A program made the position numbers and the translations under genes. Under the pieces are notes generated by a model. It saw nothing but the letters and a program-made list of their open reading frames with translations, searched no databases and was not told the DNA's origin. Below are positions 13,365 to 27,271 of a stretch of DNA of 64,000 nucleotides, one piece after another; position 1 is the stretch's first letter; the number at the start of each line of letters is the position of its first letter. This DNA comes from Antedon mediterranea (taxonomy: Eukaryota; Animalia; Echinodermata), in the NCBI RefSeq assembly GCF_964355755.1, contig NC_092680.1, positions 6,510,001 through 6,574,000 on the forward strand, given 5' to 3'.

Positions 13365-14158
13365 TTATAAAACTGATGTTATGATTGTTTTTTTGTCCCT
13401 ATTTTTACTATTTTGACTATGAATAATTATTATTTTATCCCCTGATAATCCTGAATCTACCTCGGAATCAACTCAAATAACTAAGCTTGAATGGGCCCTT
13501 AGTTTTAGGTTTATATTTTGACGGACTATTTTTCAAGGTGGAAGCTTAATTGAAGCTTGTCAATTGTTACGCTGAGCACCTATTAATGTATTAATTACAG
13601 CGGTTATATAAACATTTGAAAAATACAGTTGTAACCTGACGAAAACATATATTTTTTTTGTATATTAATAATAAGAGGATTGAACAAATTGTCCATGTAC
13701 TCTTATAATAATTTTAACAACATTAATCAACTTGTCAAAATATTCAGTAGATTTAGTACAATACAAACAATGCACTAACAACACTAAAAATGTCAACGTC
13801 ACTAAGGCAATAAATGCGTGCTATGCTTTTTTTCATATTGTATTGTGCCAATTATATCAAACTAAATAGGAATATTGTGATTTGAGCGTTGGGAATTGAG
13901 CTGTACAAAATTAGCAATACCTACACAGTACTATTGCTAATTATATAAATAAGTATAATAAATAGTATGATACACTTAACAGTTGTTTTTGTAATAAGGT
14001 ATAGGCCTACCACACGTAGTTGTTACTACTGTCGTTGCTACGTTTTAAACGATCTTACCATCAAACATCGATTCATAAAAGATTATACTCTAATCTTTTA
14101 AAAGTGTTTCATGTGGTGCCAAGCAAATACAGTTTTATTAATGAATGAATGTACTTAC

Positions 14159-14309
14159 CCCCTATTCCAATAAGGGTGATGCATGACAAAATTAACGGAG
14201 CAACAATTCCATACACAATGTGGGGTCCTGCATCCTCACCGTTGTAATCATTTGAATAGTCGCTTGCCTCTGCCGCCGCCGCAAATAGCAATCCTTGAAT
14301 ATTTACCAT
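14159..14309 (-). CDS. Probable first coding exon of a rhodopsin-class (peptide) GPCR: N-terminus plus TM1
   Basis: MVNIQGLLFAAAAEASDYSNDYNGEDAGPHIVYGIVAPLILSCITLIGIG(G): acidic ectodomain, then a TM1-like helix ending just before the expected GN motif, followed by a strong G|GTAAGT donor at 14158. No convincing next exon was found in the window. Confidence 0.55.
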
Positions 14310-16392
14310 TGTTCCCTTTTTTGTTTGAGAGATTATCTCAGTTATTTTTTCTTCTTAAACAATAACACTTCTTCAACAATATATATGTTTTTGTATATAG
14401 TTATGTTAGTGAATCACAACCACTGATGATAAAGTCCGTGTTATATTGTTAAGATGCGTCAATAGACTGAATTACATATTCGTACACAACTGCATTTATT
14501 AGTTCTCAGTGCACCGTATCCAATAGTAAATTCGCTTCACGATGACCAATCAGCGAAGCGCTGAAATGTACTACTGACTGTATGAGATGACAGCTCCGTA
14601 TGAACACATCCTTACACATCGTGACCACTAGACATAGATTACTTAACTTTTAATGAACAAACAACATATCATACTTGTTCTGTGTATTCTAATCGAGGTA
14701 GTTATGTGAATATCATTGTGTCACACTAATACACGTCAAAGAAAATACTAATTGTGTGTTTGTTTCCATGAATATAGACCGGTATTGATTCACAAATGAT
14801 GATCACAAAGTTAATTGTGTTTACACTGAAGACTTCAAGAGGAATTTAATAAAAAATAAAATCTACTATATTATAATAATAATAATCGCAGTATCATCGT
14901 AATAAATGTACATGTATATCCGTAAAAAATAATAATTAATATAATGCACGCTTTATCATCATTCCCTATAAATTAAACCTCTGAAAAGTGAAAGCAATCA
15001 ACCGTTAATAATTTGTACGTAAAGCCTAAGGCGATGTATTGAATACGTTATTTATCACACTGCAGGTTATAATATTTAAATACCAATTTAATAATTCATC
15101 ACTCCTTACTTTTGTTAAAATCAAGTATTCAGGGGGCGGAGAAGTCTTTTTTTTTAATTAAAACTGTGAAACAGACGAAATAATCATATAAAACGGTCAC
15201 CGTTTCTTTGAGCATATTTTGCAGCGATGGCGGAGAACTATATTATAATTATATATATTTTATTCTTTTAGTCCCGGATCAAAATTTAAAATGTCTCTCT
15301 TTATTCCAGTAGGCCTATTCTAGTTTCTTCCAAAAAATTGCTGGTTAATAAGTGAATAACTACAGTATATGTGACATTAAAATGGTATTTTATCAATTTT
15401 TTTTTTTTATCAGAAAAATATATTTTGTAATAGTTTATCAACTTAAGTGAAATAAGAATTGATTGTGAATATACCGCCACAAATTTTGTATGAATAATCA
15501 ACTAGAGGGCGTTTCAATAAGCAACATAATAGGTTTATTCACCTGTATCTTAAAGTTCCACTCGAGTTCATACTCACACACACGCTGTATTATGGTTAGC
15601 AATGAGTTTTCATACTGGTGGTGCCTCGGGTCAACTCAATTCAGGGTGGTGATTGTTCATTGAAAATATGCCTAGTCCTACGAAGACTGGCTTTGCTCGT
15701 AAAAAGCAATATATTAAAATAACCATGCAGACACACTGCTGTTGTTAGTAAAGAGACCGAAATATCAGAACGCGAATTGATCCATATTATAATAAATTAA
15801 TAATACTAACGATCAACCTTAAACAATAAAAATACAAATTGTGCGCTGAACTATTTGTAGAGAAAGGGGGAAATGAACTCTCGACAGGCTTAATTAAGCA
15901 TTTGGAATGGTGCGCAATAATAATGGAACACAAATCAGATATTGATGTGAATAATACATCTCTGTTTTACAATATATATGATTTTAAGAGACACTAAGTT
16001 CATTTGGTAACTAATGTCACCTGTCATATTTCCAAGCGTTGTCATTGTCTTTTTAAAGTGTTGTTCTTCTTATAATTTGGTCCGATATTGTATATCAGAA
16101 AACAACAGTGAGAAGACAAAAGTAATTGCTTTTTAAAATTATAATTGCAATTCGTTGACTGTAGTATTATCTCGAATCAAGATTCAACCGATTGTGTTGT
16201 TGGTTCAATATGTCTTTAATTTCAAAGACTATGCATTATTGACTGAAGGCATCATCAATGCAATAGTTGTTTCATAATATACCTTGATTATTCAACGATA
16301 GAGATGGAAAAAAACAGGTAATGATATGGAAGATAATTATAGTGATGATAAGCTGAACAGCATATTTGTACAACAATGTGTGAAGTACTCTA

Positions 16393-17290
16393 TATTATAA
16401 AAAATAATGAATGTTTAGGAGTATAATGGTACAAATAATGGCATGATGTGAATGATGAAAGGTTATATTTTAACGAGGCAAAGCCGAGTTTATATGTAAC
16501 TTTTCGTCATTCACCAAATGCCATTATTTTTACCATTATACGAATATAAAACATTCATTCTTTGTTTTATATAACATCTAAATAGATTCCTGTCATTTGA
16601 ATCAAATAAAAGGTGGGTCTATAATTTTATAAACACACCTACTGTAGTGTTAATGATGTCAACAAACTAGTAAGCCTAGCAAGGCTAAAACGCATAGGCC
16701 TGGCCTGATATTAACAGGTCTATATGCCTAGACTACTAGCTAGGCTAAAACGCATAGGCCTAGCCTAATATTAACAGGTCTATATGCCTAGACTACTAGC
16801 AAGGCTAAAACGCATAGGACTAGCCTAATATTAACAGGTCTATATGCCTAGACTACTAGCTAGGCTACTTCGACCGGCAACTGGAACTCATCTAGGCTAA
16901 TTGTGTTTTTTCCAACGATTCCACGTCTTGTAGTGATGTTCCCATTAATTAATGAAAATCCTACAAACGATCTAAAGCTAATTTTTGATCTAAATTAGTA
17001 GGCCTATACATTTATTCCTCCAAAAATGTACTTTCATCGTGAAATCATAATATTCAATCTTCGATCGCGGCAAAAGTACAAAATAGGTGGCACTGTTGTA
17101 TTTCAAATGCAATAGTATAAAAAACAAAAATTCCAAACGCGAAAAGATTTTTTTTCGTACACGAAAAAATGTACTATTAAACGATCGTTTAATAGTGCGT
17201 ACTATTGCACTCCATGTGAACTACAATCTTCCAGTCAAAGGAATTTATTTAGGTGTTATACCATTTATCTCATGCCTAGCAAATAAAAAA
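16393..17290. mobile_element. Putative Crypton-like non-autonomous element with long terminal hairpin
   Basis: About 180 bp imperfect inverted repeat at 16393-16574 centred on CGAGGCAAAGCCGAG, with TTATATAA-like boundaries. Classified by architecture only; the right boundary is approximate. Confidence 0.4.
16676..16867. repeat. 60-bp tandem repeat x3.2
   Basis: AGGCTAAAACGCATAGG(C/A)CT(A/G)GCCT(A/G)ATATTAACAGGTCTATATGCCTAGACTACTAGC at 16682, 16742 and 16802. Confidence 0.95.
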
Positions 17291-18174
17291 AGAATTATGG
17301 GACAGTAAAAATGTCCGATAGCCTATGTTTTTAATTGTATTTAATTGTCATGGGCGCTAAACGGAAATAAACAAATTCTAACCAATAGGCCTACTCCAGT
17401 CCCACGTGCTGGATGGTTGTCTTTGAATACGGGTGCTTTTGGTAAATGACGATGTACTCGCTATGCTCGTTATACACATAATCTTGTTCGTCCCAATACA
17501 TTTCGCTTCCTTGAAGGGTCTGTTGTATTTTCACAATTACAATTTCATAGTCACGAGACCGAAAAGAATCTGTCGACATTAACAATTCAAATAATTATTT
17601 ACGTTATTTTTAAACATCTATATTTAGCTACTATTTGAAGGCTGAATGTGTTTTACTTAAAGCAAATATTGAAGCCGATGAAGGCGTTCTTAGAATAGGT
17701 CCCTGTCGGCAAACAAGTCGTTTATAGCTTTAGAATGCCTCAGTGGACTTGGCTCATCACTAAATGATGTGACACGTTCACACGAAGACTATGAAAAATG
17801 TGATTAACGTCAAACAAAGCTTCAGGATTAATATATAGATTCTAAAACAATACAGATATAGTATTTTAATTTCACAGCATTGACATGATTTAAAAGAACT
17901 TTTTCATGTGCCCTTTTCCTCAGCTAACGTTGACTTATGGTATAGTCTACACTCTCTAGTTACCACCAGATAGACTTCATCAGTGCTTCTTTAAATTGAT
18001 GACTAGTTGGAGTATAACACACCCAGTAGGCCTTTCATTTTGGTTTTAAAATCACTTGTAAATTACCTTATGTCATTTCCAGGTCTATAATACTACTGTA
18101 CAGACACTTTCTGGGGTGTTTTTCGTAGCATTAAGCTTGGTTCCCACTAGAACGTAACGCAATTTAAATACATT

Positions 18175-19210
18175 AGGGAGGTTTCGCAACCTTACGAATA
18201 CGATAACGAAAACGGATACGTCACACATTTGTGAAACTTTTGAGCTGATCCCTATTTCATATTCGTAAAGCGTATTCGTGTTGACGAATATCACCAGTCA
18301 TATTTGTAACTATAAAACGAGTATAGTTTTTGAGCTATTTTGCACATTTTGCATTTCAATCAGGAATGATTCATGATTATAATATAATTATACTTTTATT
18401 GAAAGTAATTTACTAAAGTAATTTACTAAAATATCAGGTCAATTTTGATAAATAGCAGTTTTTAAAGTCCTCACTCGCTTTGATGTTACGCTAGGCCTAG
18501 GCAGCAAAGCACCAAGCAACACGTACCCGCGCTTCGCTCAAATTTACCGCAGTCATATTTTGGACGGGCCCTCAATATTTCGTTGCCATGCGAAACAGAT
18601 TTTTACTAGGAAGGTTTCGCAACCTTACGAATACGATAACGAAAACGGATACGTCATACATTTGTGAAACTTTTGAGCTGATCCCCATTTCATATTCGTA
18701 AAGCGTATTCGTGTTGACGAATATCACCAGTCATATTCGTAACTACAAAACGAGTATAGTTTTTGATCTATTTTGCACATTTTGCATTTGAATTAGAAAT
18801 GATTCATGATTATAATATAATTATAGATTTATTGAAAGTAATTTACTAAAGTAATTTACTAAAATGCCAGGTCAATTTTGATAAATAGCAGTTTTTAAAG
18901 TCCTCACTCGCTTTGATGTTACGCTAGGCCTAGGCAGCCAAGCACCAAGCAACACGTACCTTCGCTTCGCTCAAATTTACCGCAGTCATATTTTGGACGC
19001 GCCTCAATATTTCGTTGCAGACGTGTTTTGTTGCCATGCGAAACAGATTTTTTTATGGCTTACGAAAACGAATACGTGTGCGTGACGTATCCATTTTCGT
19101 TATCGTATTCGTAAGATTGCGAAACCTCTCTACTGGCTTACGAAAAACGAATACGTGTGCGTGATGTATTCGTTTTCGTTATCGTATTCGTAAGATTGCG
19201 AAACCTCCCT
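18175..19210. mobile_element. PHIS/Harbinger-group (Pangu-like, ANT TSD) MITE, outer copy
   Basis: TIR AGGGAGGTTTCGCAA(C/T)CTTACGAATACGATAACGAAAACG; TSD ATT at 18172-18174 and 19211-19213. Confidence 0.85.
18608..19131. mobile_element. Second copy of the same MITE nested inside the first
   Basis: Complete 524-bp copy with its own TIRs and TSD ACT (18605-18607, 19132-19134). Confidence 0.9.
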
Positions 19211-20180
19211 ATTGTTTGCATGAATTTAACATTTCGTCTTCTATGGTACATTTCTTTCCATCGGTTTTTCCGTTGAATGTTTCATATCATTTTGACCAAT
19301 TATTCTTTGGTATTTCTTTCTTTCAAAATAGTTAACTTTTATTTCGTGTGGATAATTTGTGCATTTTTTAGGAACCACATTTCTGTTACTCCAATCTTCA
19401 TCTTGTTTTCATTCTGTTCTCAAACTTGACTTGTGGTACCCAATCATTAACAATAAATAATAATGATAATCGCAATACACGTTTGCAACAAAGTAAAGAA
19501 ACTAAAATAATCGTCAAAGTAAACATTTATTACTCAATGATTTCTAAGATAAGCTTATTAAGCTATTCTTCGTATCTATAGTAAAATTTAAGCTTATTAA
19601 GCTATTTTACTAGTAAAATTTAAATGTATACAAGTTTGCGTGTATGTATAAACAACTGTATAATAATACCACAATTGGACAGATCAATTAATAAGAAAAC
19701 AATTTAAAAAGATAATAATAATAATAATAAATGATAATAAATAATAATAATAATAAAAAAATATTGTGTTGATATTTCAAGCGTAATGGCGTTATTATCG
19801 TCTCAATGTCAACCTTGATGTGGTTGATAGTACACAAATTACCATCATTAGCTTTGTAATCATGTTTATCTTGCATTAATGTTCAGTACTATATTTAAAA
19901 GCATCGGCAATTAGGAGCACCGCTAATTAACATTTATCAAATTTCATTTGTTTATGTTAGCTCGTAAATTTTAATAATCTTATGTTTGTGTTTAATATAA
20001 ATATTGCTTACGTAAAAAAGTAGTTGGAAGTTCTTTAAAAAAATGTCAAACGAAATTGTTTTTTAATGTTTTGTTTAGTTCGCCGGTATGCTCTTTGACT
20101 TTACTCAAATGCTTGTATTCAATACCAGATTACTAATTATTAATACATAACATCTGAGTTGGATTTTCTATACAAATAAC

Positions 20181-20215
20181 TAGGGAAGAGTAATTTTTAA
20201 TTTCACTCTTCCCTG
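20181..20215. mobile_element. P-element-like micro-hairpin TAGGGAAGAGT...ACTCTTCCCTG (35 bp)
   Basis: TSD AAATAAC on both sides; same TIR family as 1997 and 62377. Confidence 0.8.
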
Positions 20216-21444
20216 AAATAACTATATGACTTTCTCAATTAATATCGCCGTTTCACTTAATCAGCTTGAAAAAAATTCGAAAGTGGGGAGGAGACGGACT
20301 ATCAACAACTTTTTACGTTTCATATTTTGTTTTAGTCCTTTATTCATTAATTGAAACAATACCGGAAACCGAATGATACAGTAGATGAAATTGTCAACTT
20401 TAACTTAAATTGTAAAATAAATAAAACAGCGGAAAATTAAATTCCTGTCGGTCACAATCTAGAACCCTTAGTAAGTTTGTTAAATTGTGTTTTACATTTA
20501 CATACAGGAAAAGAACACAATTCGAACAATTATTCAAACATAATGTTAGTATATACCATTGTCGAAGAAATAATATCTTTCCCTCAAATCATGATTTGCA
20601 CGTGACTTCTGCAAATTGTAAATGAATCTGGCGTTGTATACGGTAGGCCTACTGGTTTATCTTAATTTTAGGGGCGATATCAAATTAAACTTGTAAAGAT
20701 GCAGATTTTCGGAAATTTCACTATTTATGTAACGAAAACAACTTGGTTTGTTGTTCGTGTTTTGTTATGTCCGTAGACCCTACTTATTATAATTGTGGAT
20801 TAGTAATGCTAATTATACATGTTATGTGCACGGTAATTGCCGTTCGTGAAGCCTTACGTTTGATTGACATTTCTATTTATAATGAATAGCTTGGAAAATC
20901 AGCTAAAAATATGAATGATTGTTCATCTGGACCAAAGGAGTAGACCATTAAAACCATGGTGGCTTTTGGTTTTTTCTATTCTCGTTGATGAATTCTTTAT
21001 TTTAAAACGAACATTTCAATCGATAATAGACATTGCTTACGGTAAAACGACCTACTATTGTTGTGATTAATGAATACATTGTCGGATAATGATCTTGTTT
21101 AATGGACAAGGTGAATTTTATTATGATCTGAATCACGGAGCGTAAATGAAAGTCTTCAATTTGTTGACTTAATTTACACCAACATTGGCATAAAGCATAG
21201 TAGATTCTGATTGATGGAACTGAACTCCACACATACTTCAATAATGCCCGCTATCTCAGAAAAAAGGACCGTATGCCACTTTAACAGATAATTTATGTTT
21301 CGAGAACCATAACCTTCTTAACTGTATTTTTCACCAACATCGTAAGCTAACTAAACTAAAACTATAGGGCTATTTGTTAATCTAGCCCCTTTCAATTATC
21401 CTGCAGCTTACAATCGCATTTTAGCCATTTTAAAGTGTTGGAGA

Positions 21445-22027
21445 AGTGAATTCATCATTAGCCACATTGCGGTTCGAAAGAGCGGTAAGTTCAAATTGAT
21501 CGGCTCACACACTATAAGTAATTGCGTGTGAAGAGCTTCCATGGCTTTTGACACCGATCCCGTTTCTTACCAGCGGGAAAAATGCGTTGGTTTGACGTCC
21601 AACCCTGACGTCGATACGCCGTTGAATAGACGCTGAATATGAAAAGTAGATCGACGTCATTATATCAACGTCGTATATCAACGTTACGTCGACGTCCAGT
21701 CACGACGTCGATTATACGTTGGATTGTAGTTTTATTAGTGAATTCATCATTAGCCACATTGCGGTTCGAAAGAGCGGTAAGTTCAAATTGATCGGCTCAC
21801 ACACTATAAGTAATTGCGGGTGAAGAGCTTCCATGGCTTTTGACACCGATCCCGTTTCTTACCAGCGGGAAAATGCGTTGGTTTGACGTCCAACCCTGAC
21901 GTCGATACGCCGTTGAATAGACGCTGAATATGAAAAGTAGATCGACGTCATTATATCAACGTCGTATATCAACGTTACGTCGACGTCCAGTCACGACGTC
22001 GATTATACGTTGGATTGTAGTTTTATT
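21445..22027. repeat. Recent ~292-bp tandem duplication spanning a transposon end and its flank
   Basis: 21445-21736 and 21737-22027 are nearly identical (one substitution and a 1-nt indel seen). Confidence 0.95.
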
Positions 22028-22100
22028 TGAAAGGTGAATCGTTGTGACGTTATGTAAACATCGGAAATCAACATTACATTGACGTCTAGCCACGACGTCG
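21570..22100. mobile_element. EnSpm/CMC-like non-autonomous transposon end with GACGTC palindrome array
   Basis: TA|CCAGC start followed by many GACGTC/AACGTC palindromic motifs; no second TIR found. Confidence 0.45.
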
Positions 22101-22823
22101 ATAGGTTTTGTTTTCGTTACATAGTATGTAGGCCTACTGTGTGTACTTCCTACATAAACCACTGTATAACATCACTGCGAAAACCGATCACTAATATAGA
22201 CTCAGAGATAGGCCTAACCTTACTGAATGCGCAGACAAGTATATGTTTCTTTCCACTTAATAACTGGTAACACGGTGTGGTTGGTTTGTGTATGGTAAAA
22301 TAAAGAATAATAACTATGAATGAATTATAATTGTGATTAAAAACTTCGTAATTGCAAATACAATTTTTACATCTGTATCGATTAGTAAAATTAGAATTTC
22401 TGTTCTCCCTGACACATTGTCGTTATTAAACTCCTATGGGTAATGTTGCAATATTGTAATATTATTGCTCCCGGTATACTTACGCAGTGAAAGAGGGAAC
22501 TTGGGAATCGAACTATAGTATTACTGTAAATTTACTTACTCTTCCTGATAAATAAAAATGCATATGATAATTATAACTCATTGTTGATTAGACTATAACG
22601 TATATAAAACATATACTTTGTATTTACAGTGAATATATGTTAGTAATTGAGTGTCTAATTAAGAATGTTTAAGTAATTTAAAGTTCAGCGATGTTAGGGA
22701 GCGATTACCGACCATCAAGGAAAAAGTAATGTTAATTCATTATTATGCACATGAAGGGAAGACATGCTTTCTTACTCTATCCCTCGGCGACATGAATATT
22801 GGTTAGTGGATAGGATAGTGGTT

Positions 22824-23355
22824 TCTACGACACATCAATTCGTAGGGTCCTAGGTCCTAGATAAGTCTAGGCGACGATCTACGACACATTGTTTGTTTTA
22901 ATAGTTTCTCAATGCACCAATGCATATGATACAGTAGGTCCTAGGTCGTTTAGGTTCAGCCGACGACAAAAGACACATCAATATGTAAGGTCTTTGATCC
23001 TGATAAGTCTAGGCGACCATCTACGACACATCAATGTATATCCTAGGACCGATGTAACATCAATACGTAGGGTCCTAGATCCTAGATAAGTCCAGGCGAC
23101 GATCTACGACACATCAATACATGTCCTATAGTAGGTCCTAGGTCGTCTAGGTTCAGCCGACGACCGATGACACATCAATACAAAATATGGTACTTGATCC
23201 TAGATAAGTCTAGGCGACGATCTATGACACATCAATATATATCCTAGGTCCAGCCGACGACCGATGTAACATCAATACGTAAAGTCCTAAGTCCTAGATA
23301 AGTCTAGGCGACGATCTACGACACATCATCCTAGGTCATAGGTCGTCTAGGTCGA
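22824..23355. repeat. Complex minisatellite (GACACATCAAT / GGTCCTAGGTC / CTAGATAAGTCTAGGCGACGATCTAC modules)
   Basis: The GATAAGTC(T/C)AGGCGAC module occurs five times and the GACACATCAAT module more often. Confidence 0.9.
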
Positions 23356-24107
23356 AAGTATAAAGCTTTTCATCGAAACAAAGCACAACTTGTAGATCAT
23401 TTTCAAAGTCACACGTACAACAATGATTGGTTATAGTTAATAAAAGATAGAAAATACAATTTAATGACATGTTTGTTTGACTTAAACCCAATTAAAATTA
23501 GCTACGAGCTAAGCACCAGTTGACTTTTACGTGCTATTACTCGTTCTTGCTTAAGGTTTATGTTGAATTATAATTCCACCAACTAACTACAACTTAATAC
23601 GTGTACACACAACTCCCACCCGATGCACAAGATTGTATCAAGATATCATTCATCATCTGACAACTTGCCGTTTTTCGCGTCTTAAAAATCGCAGACTTTA
23701 TACAATATTATAGTTGTACTTTTTTGGAGAATATGTTGATTTAATTTGATATATTAGTTCCTGTGAAGAAACTGATCATTAAGAGCCCTCGGTTACATCA
23801 CCGCAGCAGAACCCTATAATTCCTAATTATAAATATAGTTTGAAATATATGTTTTGTTTTTTGTGTTTGCTTAATGTGGTTGATGTATTTTATATACATA
23901 GTCCCACTCTAAGAACAGACTTTGTACTGAAGAGGTTACCAAAGTAAATATGTTTTGTCTCGATCTACTTTTTGGTCAAAGTTAATACATATTAGATATG
24001 TCAAAATTGTTCTTACATTGTTTTAGGGGGTGATAATATATCGTTAAGCCTACACGTTGATATAGTTTATAATAATGTCGATAAAAGAAATGTAACATTT
24101 TTAATAG

Positions 24108-24138
<31 letters not shown>

Positions 24139-24724
24139 TTCTTTTTTATTTTAAAAACAAATCAGCTAATTACCTTACACAATTAAAGCAATATTCGTTT
24201 TTAGTTTGCAAATCCCATACTGATATAAAAATGTTAATATGCCATATCACAAGCAAGAGATCTGTATTGCATTTAGATTTATTATACTGTATAAATAATT
24301 ACAGTAATGTGGCTAAATTTCATTTCCATTCATCAGAGCAATAAATCAAAAAATATATTTTACCTGAAAGCTTTACATTATATTTACTAATTTTTTAGTA
24401 ATTGAACAAATGCAAAATAAACGAGCATGTGGAATTATACTGGATATAGAATAATTAAAATTAATACTATCCAAACGACTGAAGCTAGAACATGTGTTCT
24501 TACAAATAATACAAAGGTTTAGTAAAAATCGATTGAAAAGAAATTAAAAAAAATACGACAAATAAAATTATCTCTACATTGATAATTGTAGGCATACATG
24601 TACGGTGTGTATTGAAACAATAATTGTAAAAAACGGTGGCATATCAATCAGAAGTTCGTATCTCGGTTTTTTCATTCTCACAGATTTCCTCATCTTTATC
24701 ATTTCAATTTAATTATTTCCTTTT

Positions 24725-24825
24725 TATAGTTCACTTTGTCGGTCGGTCGGTCGGTCTGTCGGTCTGTCTGTCGGTCCGGTATCACTATGCGTTTGAGCAC
24801 GCGACTTATGGCTGTTGGCCTTGTT
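24725..24825 (+). mobile_element. Short HINE/DINE-1-like element
   Basis: (GTCG/GTCT)n, CACGCGAC subTIR, ...GGCCTTGTT end; reverse complement of the 7051 family ends. Confidence 0.7.
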
Positions 24826-26047
24826 AGTATATCATCGGGCCGTTTAGTAGAATTTATTCTGTGCCTGTGTGATGTTTATGCATATATGGTCTATTTAAAG
24901 TTAAACTATATTTGTTACTTGACTTGATTAATGTCAATTAATGAATAGTTTAATTCCTTATGGTGTTGCTTAGGACGTTTTTTTTTAAAATTATTATAAA
25001 CACTAAATCTATCAAAATAATATTTTTTTCAAACATTACGATGTTCTACTCGAGCTGTTCAAACGGTTTTCAGGTATTAAAACCAATTATCGTAGAAGGA
25101 GATATGTAAATGCGAAGCATCCTCGACGTATTATTGTGTGCGGGTATTTTTCATGATGGACATTCATTAGACAGTGATACCACGATCGGAAAACACCCCT
25201 ATTTGGGGCAAATCGTTGAACTAAATTCGTTTTAATTGTCAATAATCAATTATCTAACTTAATTTAATTAGTAAACAGGGTTACATCAGGTAGTTAAATC
25301 ATCAGTACCGAAAGTACGAACCAACTTTATATACCATCGAGTAAACATTCTAGAAGTAACGCGTGATTTACTTAATGTTGCCTTTACCTAAATTTATATA
25401 TAGATTGCCAACATTCCGTTTTTAATACCGTACCATTGTCAAGAATATGAATAGAAACAAAAATCGAATTTGCATCAAATATAACTAAACAAAAACTGAA
25501 GGTGAATGCACAATACATTACTATAATAAACGTTTAGGCCTATACAATATAGAAAAAAAATTGAGTGAATTAGAATGTTCAATATGATGAATCTTATGAG
25601 TACCTACTAACTAAAGTATCATGCCTGGATTGTAAATTGTAAATTCACAAAATCGTTTATCGTCTGCTATTGATTAATGGATGCCGATACAAATACTAAT
25701 CATCTCAAACAATTTTAACATAATTTTATTTTCATTAAATCGAATTGAAAATGTAAGCAATCGATATCGGAGGACTTTATAGGCAGTTGTATTTTCTTAT
25801 AATATTTATGCATTTAAAGATTTTGCTTTAGACAAGAAAGATATGATTTTGATAGAGAACACTGGCCTAAACGTGATGAACTTTTTCCTTAATATTCAAC
25901 CTATTCAATCTTTTGCATAAATTTTTTATCCAATGGATCCGCTTATGAAAAAAAACACTGGAAGGGTTAATGGGGGGTTGTGATACCATGGACATATTCG
26001 TGTTACAGCGTGATGGTAAGATCAATCGACATGACACGCAGATAAAA

Positions 26048-26166
26048 AACAAGTTCATATACATGGCTGCAGTCGCGTGCGCAAATTTGAGTTAGTGTTT
26101 ACCGACCGACCAACCAACCAACCGACCGAGATAGTGAGCTATAGAGTCGCGTTTTCACGTGACTAA
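26048..26166 (-). mobile_element. Short HINE/DINE-1-like element
   Basis: AACAAG..CATATACATGGCTGCAGTCGCGTG...(GACC/AACC)n...AGTCGCGTTTTCACGTGACTAA. Confidence 0.75.
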
Positions 26167-27271
26167 AAATGTGACTTTGTACACGTGTATTGTATATATT
26201 CATCCAGAAATAATACAGTTTTACTCACTTTTGTCATTATGGCAAAAAATATCACAAACCAAAACTGATAGTTGTATAATGAAGTAAATAATAGAAACAC
26301 ACTTTTGTGTCCCAAAGTGTCAATTCTCTGAACATCCGAACATGAAACGCTCCGCAGTCCAGCGATAGTAATACATAATAATATTGTAATATTAGTAAAA
26401 ATGGAAAGCACAATCTGTTATTATATGGTATAACTATTCCCTCGAGGGTCATATAACTGCGAATGATTATAATATAACGATATCAATGTCGTTGTGCCGT
26501 TAATTATAATAAACCTTATTGCGAACTTGAAACATTTTTTCTTCTTCAATTTTATATACACATTATTACAAAAGGAATAGAATGATTCTATGTGGTTAGG
26601 TGCGCAATAAACTGTTATGAGCTAATAGTACTGACTTCCTGAAAGAACAGGAAATTATCTTTCTTTCCAGATCGTTTAATATCGTTCGCCATTTACTTCC
26701 TGAATAATACAAAAAATAAACGGTAAATGATGAAACATTGAAGAAATACAGGTATTTTTTTTAAAGAGAAGATCATTTAATGAGATATAATGATTATTGA
26801 TGGTTAATCATTTATATTATACTGAATTATTTTATTGAAGGTTTTGTCATTATTTTCGGTAATATTAAAACTGCGATCATAGTAGGCCTACAGGTGTAAT
26901 AGTAACAGTAAAAAGTAAAATGACTATAATATTTTTTCATGCGTGGTTTTGTTTCTTATGTTGGTAATACCAATGTAGTGCTGATTATAGGAAGCCCTTT
27001 TGAAACCGTGTTATTTGATGTAGAAATCGAGGAATCCATTAAAGAAACCCCAAAATATAAGGCATCACAGCAACATAAACATCCGCACTTTCTTTATATC
27101 TATCAAAAGAATGAAAGCTCATTAGAATGTATTCATTAAGTAAAAATTCATATTTTACATCAATGTAATGTATGTACCGTAACTCATGCTATTGTTTTCT
27201 CTCTCTTTTCTTGCAATAAGCTCACATTTGTTCATTTTAACAGGGAAGAGTATAGTTTCACTCTTCTTCCA

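Noticed and set aside
17930-17995. CTGATGA followed by a stem on the minus strand
   Set aside because: No GAAA after the stem, so it is not a hammerhead.
27241-27270. Additional P-like hairpin CAGGGAAGAGT…ACTCTTC (a similar remnant lies near 22484-22547)
   Set aside because: Right end incomplete and no TSD; probably the same family but not counted.
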